Positions 1 through 5,371 of a DNA stretch of 5,371 bases are shown here, piece by piece. The translations under genes were made by a program, and so were the position numbers. Location of the stretch: IMG/VR virus record IMGVR_UViG_2667527717_000007, positions 1 through 5,371 of that record; one strand, given 5' to 3'. Under the pieces are notes generated by a model. It worked only from the letters and a program-made list of their open reading frames with translations. It had not been told where the DNA came from and did not search any database. Each line of letters begins with the position of its first letter. The first letter of the stretch is position 1. Origin of the DNA: a virus (taxonomy: Duplodnaviria; Heunggongvirae; Uroviricota; Caudoviricetes).

Positions 1-1
1 G

Positions 2-322
2 TTTACCGCCTGGCAGACCGCTGGCGCACCGTCTAAAGAAAGCTGGGCATTCACTGCGTTAGGTGTTCTCGGCAACGATGACANNCCTGAAGCATGGTTT
101 TTCAGTGATGTCAGCGGGTTATCTGAGAGTCATGCAGTACATTTACCAGAAAGTAATGGTTCAGACTTTCTCCCGCTTAGCGATGAAGAGATCAGACTGC
201 TAACTGTCTTCAGGAAATTTCCTTCTGTAGAGAGTAAAAACATGCTGTTAGCGTTTGAGATGAGACTTCAGGAGATAAAAGAATACTATTCCAAATACGC
301 TAATCCCAATAAAAACCGATAG
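2..322 (+). CDS. 3' portion of a gene entering from upstream (106 sense codons, stop TAG 320-322); hypothetical protein, possibly the C-terminal part of a prophage regulator
   Basis: Frame 2 is open from the window edge to TAG at 320-322; the other + frames hit stops within about 60 nt. Codon usage looks E. coli-like. The tail ...LSDEEIRLLTVFRKFPSVESKNMLLAFEMRLQEIKEYY resembles C-terminal tails I associate with some XRE-family regulators, from memory only. NN at 84-85 gives one unknown residue. Confidence 0.5.
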   Translation, partial: FTAWQTAGAPSKESWAFTALGVLGNDDXPEAWFFSDVSGLSESHAVHLPESNGSDFLPLSDEEIRLLTVFRKFPSVESKNMLLAFEMRLQEIKEYYSKYANPNKNR

Positions 323-348
323 TCTCCTTCTTTCCTCCCCCAACAATC

Positions 349-375
349 ACAAGCCTGCTTGAAATGCAGGCTTGT
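349..375 (+). other. Stem-loop with 10-bp stem (acaagcctgc / gcaggcttgt) and 7-nt loop, 27 nt after the stop of the upstream gene; no U-tract
   Basis: Direct base pairing of 349-358 with 366-375. Shares the GCCTGC...GCAGGC stem with hairpins at 1721-1734 and 2087-2104. No T-run follows, so it is not a canonical intrinsic terminator. Confidence 0.5.
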
Positions 376-386
376 TACACCTCGCA

Positions 387-401
387 TAATAAAACACTTA
401 A
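387..401 (+). repeat. Direct repeat copy 1: TAATAAAACACTTAA (exact 15-mer, second copy at 666-680; degenerate copy TAAACACTTGTATTTAT at 441-457)
   Basis: Exact 15-nt identity between 387-401 and 666-680, extending with a 2-nt gap into TTCAT. Both lie in an AT-rich context. Confidence 0.7.
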
Positions 402-558
402 ATTTCATACAATTAAAAATTTTTAGTGATTTTCTCACTTTAAACACTTGTATTTATCAAATCCATTTTGTAGATTGATTGTACAAATCCTCTAGCAACA
501 CATGCGCGACAGGTAAACGTTCCGCCGACGGGCGTAAAACAAAGATGAGGACGACAGA

Positions 559-747
559 GTGGACAAGACTGAACTGAAACACATTATCGCCCTGCTCCTG
601 GAAGATGCAAAACGTCTTCAGCAGGTTGAACCAAATGCAGGCACTGAGGCCCGCATATGGTTGGCTAATAAAACACTTAATTCATTCAGAGAGTTAAGCG
701 GTTTTGCAAGAGGGTCAGGTATCTCTACCGAACACCAACTTTCTTAG
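559..747 (+). CDS. Small hypothetical protein (62 aa), GTG start
   Basis: ORF from the six-frame track. GAGG at 547-550 sits 8 nt upstream of GTG 559. Codon usage is reasonable. It has no recognisable motif, contains a copy of the 15-bp repeat, and its last 23 nt overlap the convergent ORF 725..913. Coding status is uncertain. Confidence 0.35.
   Translation: MDKTELKHIIALLLEDAKRLQQVEPNAGTEARIWLANKTLNSFRELSGFARGSGISTEHQLS
666..680 (+). repeat. Direct repeat copy 2: TAATAAAACACTTAA, lying inside putative ORF 559..747
   Basis: Exact 15-mer match to 387-401. Confidence 0.7.
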
Positions 748-913
748 CTAGCGCCTCCATAATAATAGAATGTCGTTCGCTAAGAATGCCGATTGCCGCC
801 CCGCAAAGTGCACACTGAACGAAGTGAATAATGTGACTGCAATTTTTCACTGAGGAATTGGTTTTTAACTCAAAAGAAGTTGATGGGCATTTTGGACAGG
901 TTGTTACAGCCAT
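725..913 (-). CDS. Small C4 zinc-ribbon protein (62 aa), hypothetical
   Basis: ATG at 913-911 is preceded on the - strand by GGAGGG with a 6-nt spacer (+ strand cctcc at 922-926). The protein MAVTTCPKCPS...CSHIIHFVQCALCG carries a CxxC...CxxC spacing typical of a zinc ribbon. Its 3' end overlaps ORF 559..747 convergently. Confidence 0.5.
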   Translation of the reverse strand: MAVTTCPKCPSTSFELKTNSSVKNCSHIIHFVQCALCGAAIGILSERHSIIMEALAKKVGVR

Positions 914-946
914 ATTTTACCCTCCACGGGGTCGATGTTGGTGGAG

Positions 947-969
947 TTCCCGACGGACGAGGTCGGGAA
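947..969. other. Inverted repeat ttcccgac-N7-gtcgggaa (8-bp arms) in the 5' leader of the minus-strand ORF
   Basis: 947-954 is the reverse complement of 962-969. It lies about 34 nt upstream of the ATG at 913 in minus-strand sense. Confidence 0.4.
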
Positions 970-998
970 TGTGCGCCGGACACAGGTATAAATCCGGC

Positions 999-1013
999 AT
1001 ACGAAATTCGTAT
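999..1013. promoter_or_regulatory. Perfect 15-bp palindrome ATACGAA-A-TTCGTAT; candidate operator for a dimeric DNA-binding protein
   Basis: Arms 999-1005 and 1007-1013 are exact reverse complements. It sits in the divergent gap between the minus-strand ORF start (913) and the + strand operon (1391). Confidence 0.35.
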
Positions 1014-1047
1014 CACATGCAGGATATGTATTTAAACACGAGCACAT

Positions 1048-1122
1048 AACCGAAAACGCACTACGCAGAACCTTCCTTGTCGGGTCTGTCGTTAAATTTA
1101 CTGCGATAGTGCGTTTCCGGTT
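1048..1122. repeat. Long imperfect inverted repeat: arms 1048-1068 (aaccgaaaacgcactacgcag) and 1101-1122 (ctgcgatagtgcgtttccggtt), separated by 32 bp
   Basis: The reverse complement of arm 2 is aaccggaaacgcactatcgcag, which aligns to arm 1 with one mismatch and one 1-nt gap. It could be an operator pair or a structured RNA; the sequence alone cannot distinguish them. Confidence 0.55.
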
Positions 1123-1159
1123 ATGAGTGAAAATCATAACAGTGCTGTGTGTAGTCTTT

Positions 1160-1206
1160 GACGGTATCCGTTAACAAAGTTTTCCTGGCTGATACCGTCC
1201 TTTTTC
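1160..1206 (+). terminator. Terminator-like element: 9-bp stem gacggtatc / gataccgtc with a 22-nt loop, followed by CTTTTTC
   Basis: 1160-1168 pairs with 1191-1199 and a T5 run follows at 1201-1205. The loop is larger than in typical intrinsic terminators. It lies about 185 nt upstream of ORF 1391..1681, so it could be a leader attenuator. Confidence 0.35.
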
Positions 1207-1390
1207 AGAATGAATTTTATAGTGTGGTGAATGCGGCTCAGCGCACGTGACACAGTTAAAAACATGTCAGTCCTTCATCTGTTGATGGGTGGGAATGTTC
1301 GTCGGCAGTAATGGTTAGCTGTTTACTGTCACCGGGAGGCACCCGGCACCACACTCCAAAATTCATTGTGTTACCAGAATGGAGACAACT

Positions 1391-1681
1391 ATGCCAGTTA
1401 CACCTGAAATAAAACAAAACTCAGACTGGATGCGGCGCAACAAATCTGAACAAACCGCCCCTGCCTGTAAGCCTGGTATTATTCAGAAAATATTAAGTAC
1501 GCTGAACCAGAAAGGTGACCCCACCCTTATTCCTTGCGCTTATTGTGGCAAAGCCATCAACAAAAGTGAAATCGTGGAGCATGAACTTATTTATATAAAC
1601 GGAAGTCAGCTCGCAAGAAAAACGAATCTATATTGCAGTAAACGATGTGCCGAATATGACCAGATGGCACATGAATCTTAA
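1391..1681 (+). CDS. Small zinc-ribbon protein (96 aa), hypothetical early-left operon gene
   Basis: GGAG at 1381-1384 sits 6 nt before ATG 1391, which I prefer to the track start at 1379 (no SD). The protein has CAYCGK...x28...CSKRC, a CxxC-N28-CxxxC pattern. Stop TAA 1679-1681 is followed immediately by TAG. Its position matches the small genes that precede recE in Rac-like prophages. Confidence 0.65.
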   Translation: MPVTPEIKQNSDWMRRNKSEQTAPACKPGIIQKILSTLNQKGDPTLIPCAYCGKAINKSEIVEHELIYINGSQLARKTNLYCSKRCAEYDQMAHES

Positions 1682-1720
1682 TAGCTGAAAGTTTAACACT
1701 GCATTAACCCTGAAACTATG

Positions 1721-1734
1721 CCTGCAATGGCAGG
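1721..1734 (+). other. Short hairpin CCTGC-aatg-GCAGG in the gap between the two small genes
   Basis: 5-bp stem with a 4-nt loop. Shares the stem sequence of the hairpins at 349-375 and 2087-2104. Confidence 0.4.
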
Positions 1735-1764
1735 ATATCACTCACCCTGAAAAGAGAATATAAA

Positions 1765-2097
1765 ATGAGAAAGACACCGAGCGAATCAGTAATTAATGAA
1801 CTCAACAAACGAGCAAAGGAAATTCTTGAACTGTGTGAGAAAAACGATATTCCGGTTGTTTTTTGTTACTCATTCGAATTAAGCCGGAATGAAAATGGAT
1901 ATTTAAACAACAAATCCATTACAGCTTATATCAATAAAGAGAAAGGAGCATGGGATTCAACAATAGCCGCAGCCAGCATGATCCTGCGGATGAAAGAGGT
2001 TCCTGAGATAGCTATCCATGCAATGGCTGAAATGGCTGCGATTTGTGACATCACACGGACTGCATCCGGTACTTCAGATGAAAAAAGCCTGCACTAA
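1765..2097 (+). CDS. Hypothetical protein (110 aa) immediately upstream of recE-like gene
   Basis: ATG 1765 with a weak purine-rich SD (aaagaga, 1751-1757). Stop TAA 2095-2097. Co-directional and closely spaced with its neighbours. It occupies the position of racC in Rac, but I do not claim homology. Confidence 0.6.
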   Translation: MRKTPSESVINELNKRAKEILELCEKNDIPVVFCYSFELSRNENGYLNNKSITAYINKEKGAWDSTIAAASMILRMKEVPEIAIHAMAEMAAICDITRTASGTSDEKSLH

Positions 2098-2116
2098 GGC
2101 AGGCATTTTCCCGGTT
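2087..2116 (+). terminator. Possible intrinsic terminator or processing hairpin: GCCTGC-actaag-GCAGGC followed by ATTTTCCCGGTTTTT
   Basis: 6-bp GC-rich stem (2087-2092 / 2099-2104). The stop codon of the upstream ORF lies in the loop. The T-rich tract 2106-2119 is interrupted by CCCGG. recE starts 118 nt downstream, so any termination is probably partial. Confidence 0.35.
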
Positions 2117-2233
2117 TTTACATCCCGGCGATGCTGAGGTGGGCGACCAAACCCACCGACAGAGACATGACCAATGAGCACCAGAGGTGATCACCGATCG
2201 CCTCATTCTAAACAGAAGTGAGGTTAAAAAACA

Positions 2234-5200
2234 ATGAGTGATAAGAAAGAAGATTTCGCGCTGTACTGCCCTGTTAAAAATGAAGAGGCCAGGAAACGAC
2301 TTGGAATAAAAGCAGGCTTTTTCTGGGCAACTGCAAAAAAATTATCTGTGGCTGTTTCCCGCTGTATTGCTGCTATGGACGATAAGGGGTATGACGAGGA
2401 TGACTTTAAAAAACCTGTTCGCGTCAATTACCCCGTCGTTAACGACCTGCCTCCTGAAGGCGTGTTTGATACTGAATTCTGCAACCGTTACGAAAAAGGC
2501 GGTCAGGGTGGTATCACAATGGTACTTATCCCCGGCGCTGTTCCCGCCGATCCAATGCACGGCGAAGTCGGCAGGGATATTACTGGCAGCGGCAACGCAG
2601 ACGCAGACGCAGACGCAGGCACAGACGCAGATAATGCTACGGACAATACCGAAAGTACGCTCCTCCCCGCTTACGCTTATAACGTCAACGGCGAACTGAT
2701 GTCGGAAGTGGAAAAGGAAATGTCGCAGCCTGTTTCAGGACTAAGTCTGCCACTTCGTTTCCTGGCGCAATTTAATAACGACTGTCCACAACATCAGGTC
2801 ACACCAGAGCGTTTACGGGAGTTAAACCTTACAGAGCAGGATCCCGACAGTCGTACCGGAACTATTTTACTCGCCATCCAGAACAGAAAGGAACAGCTCG
2901 AAAAACTGGACACAAAAAACCTGCATCCTTTGGCGACGTACATTGAAAAAGTATTTCCCTGCGGAAAACGACCACAACTCAATGATGTCATTAATTTTAT
3001 CGATGCCGTACTTAATACAGACTATGTCGATCGCGGACTGCTCGTTAAGGAATGGTGCGAAGGTCGTCGAGCCGCGTGCGTAGAGCATGTAACAGCACCA
3101 GAAACCAGGCGTGATAATACTGTGTCAGCGCAGACGGAAACGAAGACTACTGTCACTGAACGTCCGCGTCGTAGCGAAAAAACAACGCACCGGACGATTA
3201 ATTATGAAATTGGCTGTGGCTTATATGACGGCGAGCTGGATCTTCATAACCTGAGGGAACCGCTGGATTTTGCGAAACGCATTATGGCGAAAGACCGGGA
3301 AGACTGGAAAGTATGGTCAGACACAATCAACTGCATCCCTGGCATCCTGAATTATGACCGCCAGACCATTATCGAGATGGTACGAAAAGCCCCCACCCCG
3401 ACTTATCACAGTGCTGCACTGCGCCGCGAGTGGTGTGATTCTTATCTGCGAGCCTGGGGACGGCTCGATCCCGACTGGAGCCAGAGCGCCGCTGTCAAAA
3501 CAGCAGAGTCACATGAAGATGTCTGTGCTGATATCAGGAAGGCCGGAAAGCGCCTGCGTGAAATTGAATCAGGAGTTGGGATCAATGAAGAAAAACAGAC
3601 GACACAGGGAGAACTGGCAGATGAACCGTCAGCGCCTGAATCAGTGGAACCGGCTTCAGCTGAACATCAGCAGAATACGCAGCCGCTGGATGCTGAGGCA
3701 TCTGTAAACACCACTAAAACGGAATTCGATGTATTTGCTCTAATGCAGAACTCATCTGTTTATGGCAGCAAAAACACACAGGAGACGACCAGCAATGTGC
3801 AGGTTCAGGACGCTGAAAAGGATGAAAAACAGGCTGGTACTGAAGTTCAGTCAGGCGAAAGCAGTCTGGGAACTGGTGAAGAGTCAGATACCAGACAGCA
3901 AGCCGATGTAAACCAGAATACGGATTCTGTCGCCCAAAATAGCGATTCTGTAAACCAAACTGAACCAGTTTTGGCACAAACCGAGCCAGAAGTGCAATCT
4001 GACGAACCGGCTGTTGTTTACCCCGCTTACTTCGAACCAGGCCGCTATGAGGGTCTGCCGAACGAGGTTTATCACGCAGCCAACGGTATCAGCTCGACAA
4101 TGGTAAAAGATGCGCGGGTGAGCCTGATGTACTTCAATGCGCGCCACGTAGAGAAAACCATTATCAAAGAACGCTCTCCTGTACTGGATATCGGTAACCT
4201 GGTGCATGCACTGGCGTTGCAGCCAGATCAACTCGATGAAGAATTCAGCATTGAACCCGTAATTCCGGAAGGTGCATTTACCACCACGGCAACGATCCGC
4301 GCGTTTATTGATGAGCACAACGCCAGCCTGACAGCGATGCTGTCAGCCGACGACATCAAAGCACTGTTAGAAGAGTACAACGCCACCCTTCCTGCTCAGG
4401 TTCAGTTAGGTGGTTCCGTGGAGGAAACTGGCCAGAGCTATATGTCGCTGCCAGAAGAGTTCCAGCGTCTCGAAGCGGACAAGAAGCAGACCGCAGCGGC
4501 AATGAAAGCCTGCATCAAGGAATACAACACCACACTGCCTGCACAAGTGAAAATCAGCGGTAGCCGTGATGCGTTACTCGAGCAGTTAGCAATCATCAAT
4601 CCTGACCTGGTGGCGCAGGAAGCGCAGAAGCCCGCGCAGTTGAAAGTGTCCGGCACCAAAGCGGATCTGATTCAGGCCGTGAAGTCTGTTAATCCTGATG
4701 CCATCTTCGCCGACGAACTGCTGGATGCGTGGCGCGAAAATACGCAAGGGAAAGTGCTGGTCACCCGCCAGCAACTGAGCACTGCACTGAGCATTCAGAA
4801 AGCCCTGCTCGAGCACCCTACAGCGGGCAAGCTACTGACACACCCGAGCCGCGCCGTTGAGGTGAGCTACTTCGGTTTTGACGACGAAACCGGTCTGGAA
4901 GTCCGCGTTCGTCCCGACCTTGAGATCGATCTTGACGGGGTGCGCATCGGCGCCGACCTGAAAACCATCAGCATGTGGAACATTAAACAGGAAGGTCTGC
5001 GCGCCAAACTGCACCGCGAAATCATCGACCGTGACTACCACCTGAGTGCTGCCATGTATTGCGAGACCGCAGCGCTTGACCAGTTCTTCTGGATTTTCGT
5101 CAACAAAGACGAGAACTACCACTGGATCGCCATCATCGAGGCATCCGCCGAACTTCTGGAACTGGGCATGCTGGAGTACCGCAAGGCAATGCGCGCCATC

Positions 5201-5296
5201 GCTACCGGCTTTGACACTGGCGAGTGGCCAGCGCCGATCACCTCCGGTAACTCCGATGAAATAGCCGACTACACCGACGAACTGAACGATTTCGAC
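2234..5296 (+). CDS. recE: Exodeoxyribonuclease VIII (RecE family; PD-(D/E)XK / DUF3799-type nuclease domain at C-terminus); 3' end truncated by an artefactual junction
   Basis: Single long ORF with GAGG at 2220-2223 and ATG 2234. Stretches I recognise from E. coli Rac RecE: FPVVNDLP-like NYPVVNDLPPEG, LPLRFLAQ, DYVDRGLLVKEW, NTQPLDAEASVN. The C-terminal domain carries nuclease motifs: YHAANGISSTMVKD, LDIGNLVHALAL, RVRPDLEID, GADLKT (D-x-K), DYHLSAAMY. An acidic, Q/T-rich low-complexity linker spans roughly aa 470-590. No stop codon is reached before the sequence turns into rRNA at 5297. Confidence 0.85.
2597..2630 (+). repeat. In-frame imperfect hexanucleotide tandem repeat (GCAGAC)n, about 5.7 units, encoding ADADADAGTDAD within recE
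   Basis: gcagac gcagac gcagac gcaggc acagac gcag, read directly. The unit length of 6 keeps the reading frame under slippage. Confidence 0.8.
4295..4710 (+). repeat. Degenerate internal repeats inside the recE nuclease-domain region (three copies of an [IM][RK]A-x-[IL]-x-E-[HY]-N-x-[ST]-L motif, and duplicated LPAQV-x-[IL]-SGS / KVSGTKADLIQAV modules)
   Basis: DNA-level similarity between 4373-4418 and 4520-4564 (about 67% identity, 147-bp period). Protein motifs: IRAFIDEHNASL, IKALLEEYNATL, MKACIKEYNTTL, and ISGSRDALLEQLAIINPD vs VSGTKADLIQAVKSVNPD. Confidence 0.5.
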
Positions 5297-5371
5297 NCNT
5301 GCCATCNGANGNGCCCAGATGGGATTAGCTAGTAGGTGGGGTAACGGCTCACCTAGGCGACGATCCCTAGC
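5297..5371 (+). rRNA. Internal fragment of 16S rRNA gene (Enterobacteriaceae-type, roughly E. coli positions 215-290); most likely a chimeric or assembly artefact, not an intact rRNA gene
   Basis: tgccatcNgaNgNgcccagatgggattagctagtaggtggggtaacggctcacctaggcgacgatccctagc matches the conserved 16S segment TGCCATCGGATGTGCCCAGATGGGATTAGCTAGTAGGTGGGGTAACGGCTCACCTAGGCGACGATCCCTAGC as I recall it. It begins abruptly inside the recE reading frame, with N calls clustered at 5297-5312. Confidence 0.8.

Larger units (their letters stand above)
1..5296 (+). mobile_element. Prophage segment, lambdoid/Rac-like early-left (recombination) region; partial at both ends
   Basis: Co-directional run of small early-type ORFs followed by a RecE-family exonuclease gene, with palindrome-rich regulatory gaps. 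The order parallels the Rac kilR-ydaE-racC-recE arrangement as I recall it. No integrase or att site lies in the window, so the boundaries are unknown. Confidence 0.6.

Noticed and set aside
432-534. Lambda-type nut site (boxA tctcactttaaaca around 432-447, with a boxB-like hairpin cgcc-gacg-ggcg at 523-534)
   Set aside because: The boxA match to the CGCTCTTTAACAA-type consensus needs indels, and the hairpin has only a 4-bp stem and is about 75 nt away. This is too weak to call without comparative data.
858-1137. ORFs 858..1049 (+, 63 aa) and 904..1137 (-, 77 aa) in the divergent control region
   Set aside because: No Shine-Dalgarno in front of either start (the + one would need a TTG start). 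The translations are Cys/Arg-rich and low in complexity, and they overlap each other and the palindromic regulatory elements. Non-coding regulatory DNA is the better explanation.
1379-1390. Start of the zinc-ribbon ORF at ATG 1379 (METTMPVT...)
   Set aside because: ATG 1391 is preceded by GGAG with optimal 6-nt spacing, whereas 1379 has no SD. The extra four codons are unlikely to be translated.
2131-2190. Tiny ORF (19 codons, ATG 2131) in the gap upstream of recE
   Set aside because: No ribosome-binding site and no distinctive composition. It is indistinguishable from chance.
2224-5305. Antisense and alternate-frame ORFs inside the recE gene (2224..2427 -, 2342..2560 -, 2367..2699 +, 2794..2991 -, 2867..3088 -, 3354..3707 +, 3714..3977 -, 3884..4318 -, 4438..4659 -, 4586..4816 -, 4832..5305 -, 5046..5264 +)
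   Set aside because: All lie within the long, motif-supported recE reading frame. They lack convincing ribosome-binding sites and their translations are low-complexity or reflect the sense-strand repeats (for example TQTQTQ from the GCAGAC repeat). They are shadow ORFs.
5297-5332. C-terminal extension of the large ORF to 5332 as given in the ORF track (...XCHXXXPDGIS)
   Set aside because: This stretch is 16S rRNA-derived sequence with N calls. The reading frame continues only by chance, so the CDS is reported as ending, incomplete, at 5296.
5297-5371. A genuine rRNA operon starting here
   Set aside because: The match begins at an internal 16S position with no promoter, no leader and no 16S 5' end, and it directly abuts a coding sequence. 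It is annotated as a fragment and probable artefact.
1-5371. CRISPR array, tRNA genes, or insertion-sequence termini with transposase
   Set aside because: No regularly spaced direct repeats with unique spacers, no tRNA-like cloverleaf sequences, and no transposase-like ORF. The only long inverted repeat (1048-1122) encloses just 32 bp.

Overview
This window reads as the early-left region of a lambdoid, Rac-like prophage from an Enterobacteriaceae genome, ending in an artefactual join to a 16S rRNA fragment. From left to right it contains: the 3' end of a gene entering from upstream (2..322, +); an AT-rich gap with a hairpin and direct repeats; two tiny ORFs whose 3' ends overlap convergently (559..747 + and 725..913 -, the latter with a C4 zinc-ribbon signature and a strong Shine-Dalgarno); a ~480 bp regulatory gap rich in palindromes and inverted repeats (914..1390); two small + strand genes (1391..1681, zinc-ribbon; 1765..2097); and a large RecE-family exonuclease VIII gene (2234..5296, PD-(D/E)XK nuclease domain at the C-terminus). 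The last 75 nt (5297..5371) match an internal stretch of enterobacterial 16S rRNA and carry several N calls, so the annotated ORF end at 5332 is not the real C-terminus. I found no CRISPR array, tRNA or recognisable transposase. All functional names rest on motif recognition and recalled family features, not on a database search. The most interesting leads are the small overlapping ORF pair in the immunity-region position, the recurring GCCTGC/GCAGGC hairpins after each gene, and a repeat-bearing insertion inside the RecE nuclease domain.
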